Assembly (NCBI GenBank): GCA_964016885.1
Contig: OZ024743.1
Span: 138,322,001 to 138,386,000, forward strand
DNA: 64,000 bases
Source of the DNA: Eledone cirrhosa
Lineage: Eukaryota
Reading direction: 5' to 3'
The notes under the pieces are model-generated. The model worked only from the letters and a program-made list of their open reading frames with translations. It did no database searches and was not told the origin of the DNA. Within the stretch, counting starts at the first letter, position 1; the number at the start of each line of letters is the position of its first letter. Positions 48,640 to 60,600 of this stretch are shown here, in pieces. Made by a program: the position numbers and the translations under genes.

Positions 48640-51600
48640 GTTTGGTGCTTGGTGCTTGGTGCTCGGTGGTTGGTGTTTGGTGCTTGGTGTTTGGTGCTGG
48701 GTGCTTGGTGTTTGGTGCTTGGTGCTTGGTGTTTGGTGCTTGGTGCTTGGTGCTTGGTGTTTGGTGTTTGGTGTTTGGTGCTTGGTGCTTGGTGTTTGGA
48801 GCTTGGTGCTTAGTGTTTGGTGCTAGGTGCTTGGGGTTTGGTGTTTGGTGCTTGGTGTTTGGTGCTTGGTGCTTGGTGTTTGGTGTTTGGTGTTCGGTGC
48901 TTGGTGCTTGGTATTTGGTGTTTGATGTTTGCTGTTTGGTGTTTGTTGTTTGGTGTTTGTTGTTTGGTGTTTGCTGTTTGGTGTTTGGTGTTTGGTGTTT
49001 GCTGTTTGGTGTCTGCTTTTTGGTGTTTGGTGTTTGCTGTATGTTGTTTGCTGTTTGGTGTTTGGTGTTTGGTATTTGGTGTTTGGTGCTTGGTGCTTGG
49101 TGTTTGGTGCTTGGATCTTGGTGTTTGGTGCCTGGTGTTTGGTGTTTATTGCTTGTTGCTTGGTGCTTGGTGCTTGGTGTTTGGTGTTTGGTGCTTGGGG
49201 TTTGGTGCTGGGTGCTTGGTGTTTGGTGCATGGTGCTTGGTGCTTGGTGTTTGGTGTTATATGCTTGGTGTTTGATGCTTGGTGCTTGGTGCTTGGTGTT
49301 TGGTGTTTGGTGCTTGGTGTTTGATGCTTGGTGTTTGATGCTTGGTGCTTGGTGCTTGGTGTTCGGTGCTTGGTGCTTGGTGTTTGTACTTGGTGCTTGG
49401 TGCTTGGTTCTTGGTGTTTGGTGCTTGGTGCTTGGTGCTTTGTGTTTGGTGCTTGGTGCCTGCTGCTTGGTGCTTGGTGTTTGGTGTTTGGTGTTTGGTG
49501 CTTGGTGTTAGGTGTTTGGTGCTTGGTGCTTGGTGTTTGGTGTTTGGTGCTTGGTGTTTGGTGCTTGGTGCTTGGTGTTTGGTGTTTGGTGCTTGGTGTT
49601 TGGTGCTTGGTACTTGGTGCTTGGTGCTTGGTGTTAGGTGTATGGTGCTTGGTGCTTGGTGTTTGGTTTTTGGTGCTTGGTGCTTGGTGTTTGGTGTTTG
49701 GTGCTTGCTGCTGGCTGCTTGGTGCTTGGTGATTGGTGCTTGGTGTTTGGTGCTTGGTGTTTGGTGTTTGGTGCTAGGTGCTTGGTGCTTGGTGTTTGGT
49801 GCTTGGTGCTTGGTGTTTGGTGTTTGGTGTTTGGTGCTTGGTGCTTGGTGTTTGGTGCTTGGTGCTTGGTGCTGGGTGGTTGGTGTTTGGTGCTTGGTGT
49901 TTGGTGCTGGGTGCTTGGTGTTTGGTGCTTGGTGCTTGGTGTTTGGTGCTTGGTGTTTGGTGTTTGGTGCTTTGTGCTTGGTGTTTGGTGCTTGGTGCTT
50001 GGTGTTTGGTGCTTGGTGCTTAGTGTTTGGTGCTAGGTGCTTGGGGTTTGGTGTTTGGTGCTTGGTGTTTGGTGCTTGGTGCTTGGTGTTTGGTGTTTGG
50101 TGTTTGGTGCTTGGTGCTTGGTATTTGGTGTTTACTGTTTGCTGTTTGGTGTTTGTTGTTTGGTGTTTGTTGTTTGGTGTTTGCTGTTTGGTGTTTGCTG
50201 CTTGGTGTTTGGTGCTTGGTGCTTGATGCTTGGTGTTTTGTGTTTGGTGCTTGGTGCTTGGTGTTTGGTGCTTGGTGCTTGGTTCTAGGTGTTTGTACTT
50301 AGTGCTTGGTGTTTGGTGCTTGGTGCTTGGTGCTTGGTGTTTGGTGTTTGGTGCTTGGTTCTTGGTGCTTGGAGTTTGGTGTTTGGTGATTGTTGCTTGG
50401 TGTTTGGTGCTTGGTGCTTTGTGCTGGGTGTTTGGTGTTTGCTGCTTGGTGTTTGGTGCTTGGTGCTTGGTGCTTGGTGTTTTAAGTTTGGTGCTTGGTG
50501 CTTGGTGTTTGGTGCTTGGTGCTTGGTGCTTGGTGTTTGTACTTGGTGCTTGGTGCTTGGTGTTTGGTTCTTGGTTCTTGGTGTTTGGTACTTGGTGCTT
50601 GGTGCTTGGTGCTTGGTGTTTGGTGCTTGGTGTTTGGTGCTTGTTGCTTGGTGTTTGGTGCTTGGTGTTTGGTGTTTGGTGCTTTGTGCTTGGTGTTTGG
50701 TGTTTGGTGTTTGCTGTTTGCTGTTTGGTGTTTGGTGTTTGCTGTTTGCTGTTTGGTGTCTGCTTTTTGGTGTTTGGTGTTTGCTGTATGGTGTTTGCTG
50801 TTTTGGTGTTTGGTGTTTGCTGTATGGTGTTTGGTCTTTGGTGCTTGGTGTTTGGTGCTTGGTGCTTGGTGTTTGGTGTTTGGTGCTTGGTGTTTGGTGT
50901 TTGGTGTTTGGTGCTTGGTGCTTGGTGCTTGGTGTTTGGTGTTTGGTGTTTGGTGCTTGGTGTCTGGTGCTTGGTGCTTGGTGTTTGGTGCTTGGTGTTT
51001 GGTGTTTGGTGTTTGGTGCTTGGTGCTTGGTGTTTGGTGTTTGGTGCTTGGTGTTTGGTGTTTGGTGCTTGTTGCTTGGTGCTTGGTGCTTGGTGTTTGG
51101 TGCTTGGTGCTTGGTGTTTGGTGCTGGGTGCTGGGTGCTTGGTGTTTGGTGCTTGGTGCTTGGTGCTTGGTGTTTGGTGCTTGGTGCTTGGTGCTTGGTC
51201 TTTGGTGCTTGGTGTTTGCTGTTTGGTGCTTGGTGCTTGGTGCTTCGTGTTTGGTGCTTGGTGATTAGTGTTTGGTGCTTGGTTCTTGGGGTTTGGTGTT
51301 TGGTGCTTGGTGCTTGGTGTTTGGTGCTTGGTACTTGGTGTTTGGTGCTTGGTGTTTGGTGTTTGCTGTTTGGTGTTTGGTGTTTGGTGTTTGGTGTTTG
51401 CTGTTTGGTGTCTGCTTTTTGGAGTTTGGTGTTTGCTGTATGGTGTTTGCTGTTTCGTGTTTAGTGTTTGCTGTTTGGTGTTTGGTGCTTGGTGCTTGGT
51501 GTTTGGTGCTTGGTGCTTGGTACTGGGTGGTTGGTGTTTGGTGCTTGGTGTTTGGTGCTGGGTGCTTCGTGTTTGGTGCTTGGTGCTTGGTGTTTGGTGC

Positions 51601-54600
51601 TTGGTGTTTGGTGTTTGGTGCTTGGTGCTTGGTGTTTGGTGCTTGGTGCCTGGTGTTTGGTGCTTGGTGCTTAGTGTTTGGTGCTAGATGCTTGGGGTTT
51701 GGTGTTTGGTGCTTGGTGTTTGGTGCTTGTTGCTTGGTGTTTGGTGTTTGGTGTTTGGTGCTTGGTGCTTGGTATTTGGTGTTTGATGTTTGCTGTTTGG
51801 TGTTTGTTGTTTGGTGTTTGTTGTTTGGTGTTTGCTGTTTGGTGTTTGGTGTTTGGTGTTTGCTGTTTGGTGTCTGCTTTTTGGTGTTTGGTGTTTGCTG
51901 TATGTTGTTTGCTGTTTGGTGTTTGGTGTTTGGTATTTGGTGTTTGGTGCTTGGTGCTTGGTGTTTGGTGCTTGGATCTTGGTGTTTGGTGCCTGGTGCT
52001 TGGTGCTTGGTGTTTGGTGTTTGGTGCTTGGTGCTTGGTGCTTGGAGTTTGGTGTTTGGTGCTTGTTGCTTGGTGTTTTGTGTTTGGTGTTTGGTTTTTG
52101 GTGCTTGGTGCTTGGTGCTTGGTCCTTGGTGTTTGGTGCTGGGTGCTTTGTGTTTGGTGCTTGGTGCTTCGTGCTTGGTGTTTGGTCTTTGCTGCTTGGT
52201 GTTTGGTGCTTGGTGCTTGGTGCTTGGTGTTTTGAGTTTGGTGCTTGGTGCTTGGTGTTTGGTGCTTGGTGCTTGGTGCTTGGTGTTTGGTTCTTGGTTC
52301 TTGGTGTTTGGTACTTGGTGCTTGGTGCTTGGTGTTTGGTGTTTGGTGCTTGGTGTTTGGTGCTTGTTGCTTGGTGTTTGGTGCTTGGTGTTTGGTGTTT
52401 GGTGCTTGGTGCTCGGTGTTTGGTGTTTGGTGTTTGCTGTTTGCTGTTTGGTGTTTGGTGTTTGCTGTTTGCTGTTTGGTGTCTGCTTTTTGGTGTTTGG
52501 TGTTTGCTGTTTGGTGTTTGGTCTTTGGTGTTTGGTTTTTGGTGCTTGGTGCTTGGTGTTTGGTGTTTGGTGCTTGCTGCTGGCTGCTTGGTGCTTGGTG
52601 ATTGGTGCTTGGTGTTTGGTGCTTGGTGTTTGGTGTTTGGTGCTAGGTGCTTGGTGCTTGGTGTTTGGTGCTTGGTGCTTGGTGTTTGGTGTTTGGTGTT
52701 TGGTGCTTGGTGCTTGGTGTTTGGTGCTTGGTGCTTGGTGCTGGGTGGTTGGTGTTTGGTGCTCGGTGTTTGGTGCTGGGTGCTTGGTGTTTGGTGCTTG
52801 GTGCTTGGTGTTTGGTGCTTGGTGTTTGGTGTTTGGTGCTTGGTGCTTGGTGTTTGGTGATTGGTGCTTGGTGTTTGGTGCTTGGTGCTTAGTGTTTGGT
52901 GCTAGGTGCTTGGGGTTTGGTGTTTGGTGCTTGGTGTTTGGTGCTTGGTGCTTGGTGTTTGGTGTTTGGTGTTTGGTGCTTGGTGCTTGGTATTTGGTGT
53001 TTGCTGTTTGCTGTTTGGTGTTTGTTGTTTGGTGTTTGTTGTTTGGTGTTTGCTGTTTGGTGTTTGCTGTTTGGTGTTTGGTGCTTGGTGCTTGATGCTT
53101 GGTGTTTTGTGTTTGGTGCTTGGTGCTTGGTGTTTGGTGCTTGGTGCTTGGTGCTAGGTGTTTGTACTTGGTGCTTGGTGTTTGGTACTTGGTGCTTGGT
53201 GCTTGGTGTTTGGTGTTTGGTGCTTGGTTCTTGGTGCTTGGAGTTTGGTGTTTGGTGCATGTTGCTTGGTGTTTGGTGCTTGGTGTTTTGTGCTTGGTGT
53301 TTGGTGTTTGCTGCTTGGTGTTTGGTGCTTGGTGCTTGGTGCTTGGTGTTTTGAGTTTGGTGCTTGGTGCTTGGTGTTTGGTGCTTGGTGCTTGGTGCTT
53401 GGTGTTTGTACTTGGTGCTTGGTGCTTGGTGTTTGGTTCTTGGTTCTTGGTGTTTGGTACTTGGTGCTTGGTGCTTGGTGCTTGGTGTTTGGTGCTTGGT
53501 GTTTGGTGCTTGTTGCTTGGTGTTTGGTGCTTGGTGTTTGGTGTTTGGTGCTTGGTGCTTGGTGTTTGGTGTTTGGTGTTTGCTGTTTGGTGTTTGGTGC
53601 TTGGTGTTTGCTGTTTGCTGTTTGGTGTCTGCTTTTTGGTGTTTGGTGTTTGCTGTATGGTGTTTGCTGTTTTGGTGTTTGGTGTTTGCTGTTTGGTGTT
53701 TGGTCTGTGGTGCTTGGTGTTTGGTGCTTGGTGCTTGGTGTTTGGTGTTTGGTGCTTGGTGTTTGGTGTTTGGTGTTTGGTGCTTGGTGCTTGGTGCTTG
53801 GTGTTTGGTGTTTGGTGTTTGGTGCTTGGTGTCTGGTGCTTGGTGCTTGGTGTTTGGTGCTTGATGTTTGGTGTTTGGTGTTTGGTGCTTGGTGCTTGGT
53901 GTTTGGTGTTTGGTGCTTGGTGTTTGGTGTTTGGTGCTTGTTGCTTGGTGATTGGTGCTTGGTGTTTGGTGCTTGGTGCTTGGTGTTTGGTGCTGGGTGC
54001 TGGGTGCTTGGTGTTTGGTGCTTGGTGCTTGGTGCTTGGTGTTTGTTGCTTGGTGCTTGGTGCTTGGTCTTTGGTGCTTGGTGTTTGCTGTTTGGTGCTT
54101 GGTGCTTCGTGTTTGGTGCTTGGTGATTAGTGTTTGGTGCTTGGTGCTTGGGGTTTGGTGTTTGGTGCTTGGTGCTTGGTGTTTGGTGCTTGGTACTTGG
54201 TGTTTGGTTCTTGGTGTTTGGTGTTTGCTGTTTGGTGTTTGGTGTTTGGTGTTTGGTGTTTGCTGTTTGGTGTCTGTTTTTTGGTGTTTGGTGTTTGGTG
54301 TATGGTGTTTGGTGCTTGGTGCCTGGTGTTTGGTGCTTGGTGCTTGGTGCTGGGTGGTTGGTGTTTGGTGCTTGGTGTTTGGTGCTGGGTGCTTGGTGTT
54401 TGGTGCTTGGTGCTTGGTGTTTGGTGCTTGGTGTTTGGTGTTTGGTGCTTGGTGCTTGGTGTTTGGTGCTTGGTGCCTGGTGTTTGGTGCTTGGTGCTTA
54501 GTGTTTGGTGCTAGGTGCTTGGGGTTTGGTGTTTGGTGCTTGGTGTTTGGTGCTTGGTGCTTGGTGTTTGGTGTTTGGTGTTCGGTGCTTGGTGCTTGGT

Positions 54601-57600
54601 ATTTGGTGTTTGATGTTTGCTGTTTGGTGTTTGTTGTTTGGTGTTTGTTGTTTGGTGTTTGCTGTTTGGTGTTTGGTGTTTGGTGTTTGCTGTTTGGTGT
54701 CTGCTTTTTGGTGTTTGGTGTTTGCTGTATGTTGTTTGCTGTTTGGTGTTTGGTGTTTGGTATTTGGTGTTTGGTGCTTGGTGCTTGGTGTTTGGTGCTT
54801 GGATCTTGGTGTTTGGTGCCTGGTGTTTGGTGTTTATTGCTTGTTGCTTGGTGCTTGGTGCTTGGTGTTTGGTGTTTGGTGCTTGGGGTTTGGTGCTGGG
54901 TGCTTGGTGTTTGGTGCATGGTGCTTGGTGCTTGGTGTTTGGTGTTATATGCTTGGTGTTTGATGCTTGGTGCTTGGTGCTTGGTGTTTGGTGTTTGGTG
55001 CTTGGTGTTTGATGCTTGGTGTTTGATGCTTGGTGCTTGGTGCTTGGTGTTCGGTGCTTGGTGCTTGGTGTTTGTACTTGGTGCTTGGTGCTTGGTTCTT
55101 GGTGTTTGGTGCTTGGTGCTTGGTGCTTTGTGTTTGGTGCTTGGTGCCTGCTGCTTGGTGCTTGGTGTTTGGTGTTTGGTGTTTGGTGCTTGGTGTTAGG
55201 TGTTTGGTGCTTGGTGCTTGGTGTTTGGTGTTTGGTGCTTGGTGTTTGGTGCTTGGTGCTTGGTGTTTGGTGTTTGGTGCTTGGTGTTTGGTGCTTGGTA
55301 CTTGGTGCTTGGTGCTTGGTGTTAGGTGTATGGTGCTTGGTGCTTGGTGTTTGGTTTTTGGTGCTTGGTGCTTGGTGTTTGGTGTTTGGTGCTTGCTGCT
55401 GGCTGCTTGGTGCTTGGTGATTGGTGCTTGGTGTTTGGTGCTTGGTGTTTGGTGTTTGGTGCTAGGTGCTTGGTGCTTGGTGTTTGGTGCTTGGTGCTTG
55501 GTGTTTGGTGTTTGGTGTTTGGTGCTTGGTGCTTGGTGTTTGGTGCTTGGTGCTTGGTGCTGGGTGGTTGGTGTTTGGTGCTTGGTGTTTGGTGCTGGGT
55601 GCTTGGTGTTTGGTGCTTGGTGCTTGGTGTTTGGTGCTTGGTGTTTGGTGTTTGGTGCTTTGTGCTTGGTGTTTGGTGCTTGGTGCTTGGTGTTTGGTGC
55701 TTGGTGCTTAGTGTTTGGTGCTAGGTGCTTGGGGTTTGGTGTTTGGTGCTTGGTGTTTGGTGCTTGGTGCTTGGTGTTTGGTGTTTGGTGTTTGGTGCTT
55801 GGTGCTTGGTATTTGGTGTTTACTGTTTGCTGTTTGGTGTTTGTTGTTTGGTGTTTGTTGTTTGGTGTTTGCTGTTTGGTGTTTGCTGCTTGGTGTTTGG
55901 TGCTTGGTGCTTGATGCTTGGTGTTTTGTGTTTGGTGCTTGGTGCTTGGTGTTTGGTGCTTGGTGCTTGGTTCTAGGTGTTTGTACTTAGTGCTTGGTGT
56001 TTGGTGCTTGGTGCTTGGTGCTTGGTGTTTGGTGTTTGGTGCTTGGTTCTTGGTGCTTGGAGTTTGGTGTTTGGTGATTGTTGCTTGGTGTTTGGTGCTT
56101 GGTGCTTTGTGCTTGGTGTTTGGTGTTTGCTGCTTGGTGTTTGGTGCTTGGTGCTTGGTGCTTGGTGTTTTGAGTTTGGTGCTTGGTGCTTGGTGTTTGG
56201 TGCTTGGTGCTTGGTGCTTGGTGTTTGTACTTGGTGCTTGGTGCTTGGTGTTTGGTTCTTGGTTCTTGGTGTTTGGTACTTGGTGCTTGGTGCTTGGTGC
56301 TTGGTGTTTGGTGCTTGGTGTTTGGTGCTTGTTGCTTGGTGTTTGGTGCTTGGTGTTTGGTGTTTGGTGCTTTGTGCTTGGTGTTTGGTGTTTGGTGTTT
56401 GCTGTTTGCTGTTTGGTGTTTGGTGTTTGCTGTTTGCTGTTTGGTGTCTGCTTTTTGGTGTTTGGTGTTTGCTGTATGGTGTTTGCTGTTTTGGTGTTTG
56501 GTGTTTGCTGTATGGTGTTTGGTCTTTGGTGCTTGGTGTTTGGTGCTTGGTGCTTGGTGTTTGGTGTTTGGTGCTTGGTGTTTGGTGTTTGGTGTTTGGT
56601 GCTTGGTGCTTGGTGCTTGGTGTTTGGTGTTTGGTGTTTGGTGCTTGGTGTCTGGTGCTTGGTGCTTGGTGTTTGGTGCTTGGTGTTTGGTGTTTGGTGT
56701 TTGGTGCTTGGTGTTTGGTGTTTGGTGCTTGTTGCTTGGTGCTTGGTGCTTGGTGTTTGGTGCTTGGTGCTTGGTGTTTGGTGCTTGCTGCTGGCTGCTC
56801 GGTGCTTGGTGATTGGTGCTTGGTGTTTGGTGCTTGGTGTTTGGTGTTTGGTGCTAGGTGCTTGGTGCTTGGTGTTTGGTGCTTGGTGCTTGGTGTTTGG
56901 TGTTTGGTGTTTGGTGCTTGGTGCTTGGTGTTTGGTGCTTGGTGCTTGGTGCTGGGTGGTTGGTGTTTGGTGCTTGGTGTTTGGTGCTGGGTGCTTGGTG
57001 TTTGGTGCTTGGTGCTTGGTGTTTGGTGCTTGGTGTTTGGTGTTTGGTGCTTTGTGCTTGGTGTTTGGTGCTTGGTGCTTGGTGTTTGGTGCTTGGTGCT
57101 TAGTGTTTGGTGCTAGGTGCTTGGGGTTTGGTGTTTGGTGCTTGGTGTTTGGTGCTTGGTGCTTGGTGTTTGGTGTTTGTACTTGGTGCTTGGTGCTTGG
57201 TGTTTGGTTCTTGGTTCTTGGTGTTTGGTACTTGGTGCTTGGTGCTTGGTGCTTGGTGCTTGGTGTTTGGTGCTTGGTGTTTGGTGCTTGTTGCTTGGTG
57301 TTTGGTGCTTGGTGTTTGGTGTTTGGTGCTTTGTGCTTGGTGTTTGGTGTTTGGTGTTTGCTGTTTGCTGTTTGGTGTTTGGTGTTTGCTGTTTGCTGTT
57401 TGGTGTCTGCTTTTTGGTGTTTGGTGTTTGCTGTATGGTGTTTGCTGTTTTGGTGTTTGGTGTTTGCTGTATGGTGTTTGGTCTTTGGTGCTTGGTGTTT
57501 GGTGCTTGGTGCTTGGTGTTTGGTGTTTGGTGCTTGGTGTTTGGTGTTTGGTGTTTGGTGCTTGGTGCTTGGTGCTTGGTGTTTGGTGTTTGGTGTTTGG

Positions 57601-60600
57601 TGCTTGGTGTCTGGTGCTTGGTGCTTGGTGTTTGGTGCTTGGTGTTTGGTGTTTGGTGTTTGGTGCTTGGTGCTTGGTGTTTGGTGTTTGGTGCTTGGTG
57701 TTTGGTGTTTGGTGCTTGTTGCTTGGTGCTTGGTGCTTGGTGTTTGGTGCTTGGTGCTTGGTGTTTGGTGCTGGGTGCTGGGTGCTTGGTGTTTGGTGCT
57801 TGGTGCTTGGTGCTTGGTGTTTGGTGCTTGGTGCTTGGTGCTTGGTCTTTGGTGCTTGGTGTTTGCTGTTTGGTGCTTGGTGCTTGGTGCTTCGTGTTTG
57901 GTGCTTGGTGATTAGTGTTTGGTGCTTGGTTCTTGGGGTTTGGTGTTTGGTGCTTGGTGCTTGGTGTTTGGTGCTTGGTACTTGGTGTTTGGTGCTTGGT
58001 GTTTGGTGTTTGCTGTTTGGTGTTTGGTGTTTGGTGTTTGGTGTTTGCTGTTTGGTGTCTGCTTTTTGGAGTTTGGTGTTTGCTGTATGGTGTTTGCTGT
58101 TTCGTGTTTAGTGTTTGCTGTTTGGTGTTTGGTGCTTGGTGCTTGGTGTTTGGTGCTTGGTGCTTGGTACTGGGTGGTTGGTGTTTGGTGCTTGGTGTTT
58201 GGTGCTGGGTGCTTCGTGTTTGGTGCTTGGTGCTTGGTGTTTGGTGCTTGGTGTTTGGTGTTTGGTGCTTGGTGCTTGGTGTTTGGTGCTTGGTGCCTGG
58301 TGTTTGGTGCTTGGTGCTTAGTGTTTGGTGCTAGATGCTTGGGGTTTGGTGTTTGGTGCTTGGTGTTTGGTGCTTGTTGCTTGGTGTTTGGTGTTTGGTG
58401 TTTGGTGCTTGGTGCTTGGTATTTGGTGTTTGATGTTTGCTGTTTGGTGTTTGTTGTTTGGTGTTTGTTGTTTGGTGTTTGCTGTTTGGTGTTTGGTGTT
58501 TGGTGTTTGCTGTTTGGTGTCTGCTTTTTGGTGTTTGGTGTTTGCTGTATGTTGTTTGCTGTTTGGTGTTTGGTGTTTGGTATTTGGTGTTTGGTGCTTG
58601 GTGCTTGGTGTTTGGTGCTTGGATCTTGGTGTTTGGTGCCTGGTGCTTGGTGCTTGGTGTTTGGTGTTTGGTGCTTGGTGCTTGGTGCTTGGAGTTTGGT
58701 GTTTGGTGCTTGTTGCTTGGTGTTTTGTGTTTGGTGTTTGGTTTTTGGTGCTTGGTGCTTGGTGCTTGGTCCTTGGTGTTTGGTGCTGGGTGCTTTGTGT
58801 TTGGTGCTTGGTGCTTCGTGCTTGGTGTTTGGTCTTTGCTGCTTGGTGTTTGGTGCTTGGTGCTTGGTGCTTGGTGTTTTGAGTTTGGTGCTTGGTGCTT
58901 GGTGTTTGGTGCTTGGTGCTTGGTGCTTGGTGTTTGGTTCTTGGTTCTTGGTGTTTGGTACTTGGTGCTTGGTGCTTGGTGTTTGGTGTTTGGTGCTTGG
59001 TGTTTGGTGCTTGTTGCTTGGTGTTTGGTGCTTGGTGTTTGGTGTTTGGTGCTTGGTGCTCGGTGTTTGGTGTTTGGTGTTTGCTGTTTGCTGTTTGGTG
59101 TTTGGTGTTTGCTGTTTGCTGTTTGGTGTCTGCTTTTTGGTGTTTGGTGTTTGCTGTTTGGTGTTTGGTCTTTGGTGTTTGGTTTTTGGTGCTTGGTGCT
59201 TGGTGTTTGGTGTTTGGTGCTTGCTGCTGGCTGCTTGGTGCTTGGTGATTGGTGCTTGGTGTTTGGTGCTTGGTGTTTGGTGTTTGGTGCTAGGTGCTTG
59301 GTGCTTGGTGTTTGGTGCTTGGTGCTTGGTGTTTGGTGTTTGGTGTTTGGTGCTTGGTGCTTGGTGTTTGGTGCTTGGTGCTTGGTGCTGGGTGGTTGGT
59401 GTTTGGTGCTCGGTGTTTGGTGCTGGGTGCTTGGTGTTTGGTGCTTGGTGCTTGGTGTTTGGTGCTTGGTGTTTGGTGTTTGGTGCTTGGTGCTTGGTGT
59501 TTGGTGATTGGTGCTTGGTGTTTGGTGCTTGGTGCTTAGTGTTTGGTGCTAGGTGCTTGGGGTTTGGTGTTTGGTGCTTGGTGTTTGGTGCTTGGTGCTT
59601 GGTGTTTGGTGTTTGGTGTTTGGTGCTTGGTGCTTGGTATTTGGTGTTTGCTGTTTGCTGTTTGGTGTTTGTTGTTTGGTGTTTGTTGTTTGGTGTTTGC
59701 TGTTTGGTGTTTGCTGTTTGGTGTTTGGTGCTTGGTGCTTGATGCTTGGTGTTTTGTGTTTGGTGCTTGGTGCTTGGTGTTTGGTGCTTGGTGCTTGGTG
59801 CTAGGTGTTTGTACTTGGTGCTTGGTGTTTGGTACTTGGTGCTTGGTGCTTGGTGTTTGGTGTTTGGTGCTTGGTTCTTGGTGCTTGGAGTTTGGTGTTT
59901 GGTGCATGTTGCTTGGTGTTTGGTGCTTGGTGTTTTGTGCTTGGTGTTTGGTGTTTGCTGCTTGGTGTTTGGTGCTTGGTGCTTGGTGCTTGGTGTTTTG
60001 AGTTTGGTGCTTGGTGCTTGGTGTTTGGTGCTTGGTGCTTGGTGCTTGGTGTTTGTACTTGGTGCTTGGTGCTTGGTGTTTGGTTCTTGGTTCTTGGTGT
60101 TTGGTACTTGGTGCTTGGTGCTTGGTGCTTGGTGTTTGGTGCTTGGTGTTTGGTGCTTGTTGCTTGGTGTTTGGTGCTTGGTGTTTGGTGTTTGGTGCTT
60201 GGTGCTTGGTGTTTGGTGTTTGGTGTTTGCTGTTTGGTGTTTGGTGCTTGGTGTTTGCTGTTTGCTGTTTGGTGTCTGCTTTTTGGTGTTTGGTGTTTGC
60301 TGTATGGTGTTTGCTGTTTTGGTGTTTGGTGTTTGCTGTTTGGTGTTTGGTCTGTGGTGCTTGGTGTTTGGTGCTTGGTGCTTGGTGTTTGGTGTTTGGT
60401 GCTTGGTGTTTGGTGTTTGGTGTTTGGTGCTTGGTGCTTGGTGCTTGGTGTTTGGTGTTTGGTGTTTGGTGCTTGGTGTCTGGTGCTTGGTGCTTGGTGT
60501 TTGGTGCTTGATGTTTGGTGTTTGGTGTTTGGTGCTTGGTGCTTGGTGTTTGGTGTTTGGTGCTTGGTGTTTGGTGTTTGGTGCTTGTTGCTTGGTGATT

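Noticed and set aside
52889-54919. Minus-strand ORFs with (TKHQAPS/TKHQTPN)n heptads resembling mucins or the RNA polymerase II CTD (also 26915..28642, 33518..35296, 59536..61566)
   Set aside because: The 7-aa period is the arithmetic result of a 7-nt repeat. It does not match YSPTSPS, there is no third-position-biased variation or signal peptide, and 6-bp monomers shift frame freely. Ribosome profiling or proteomics would be required to revive this idea.
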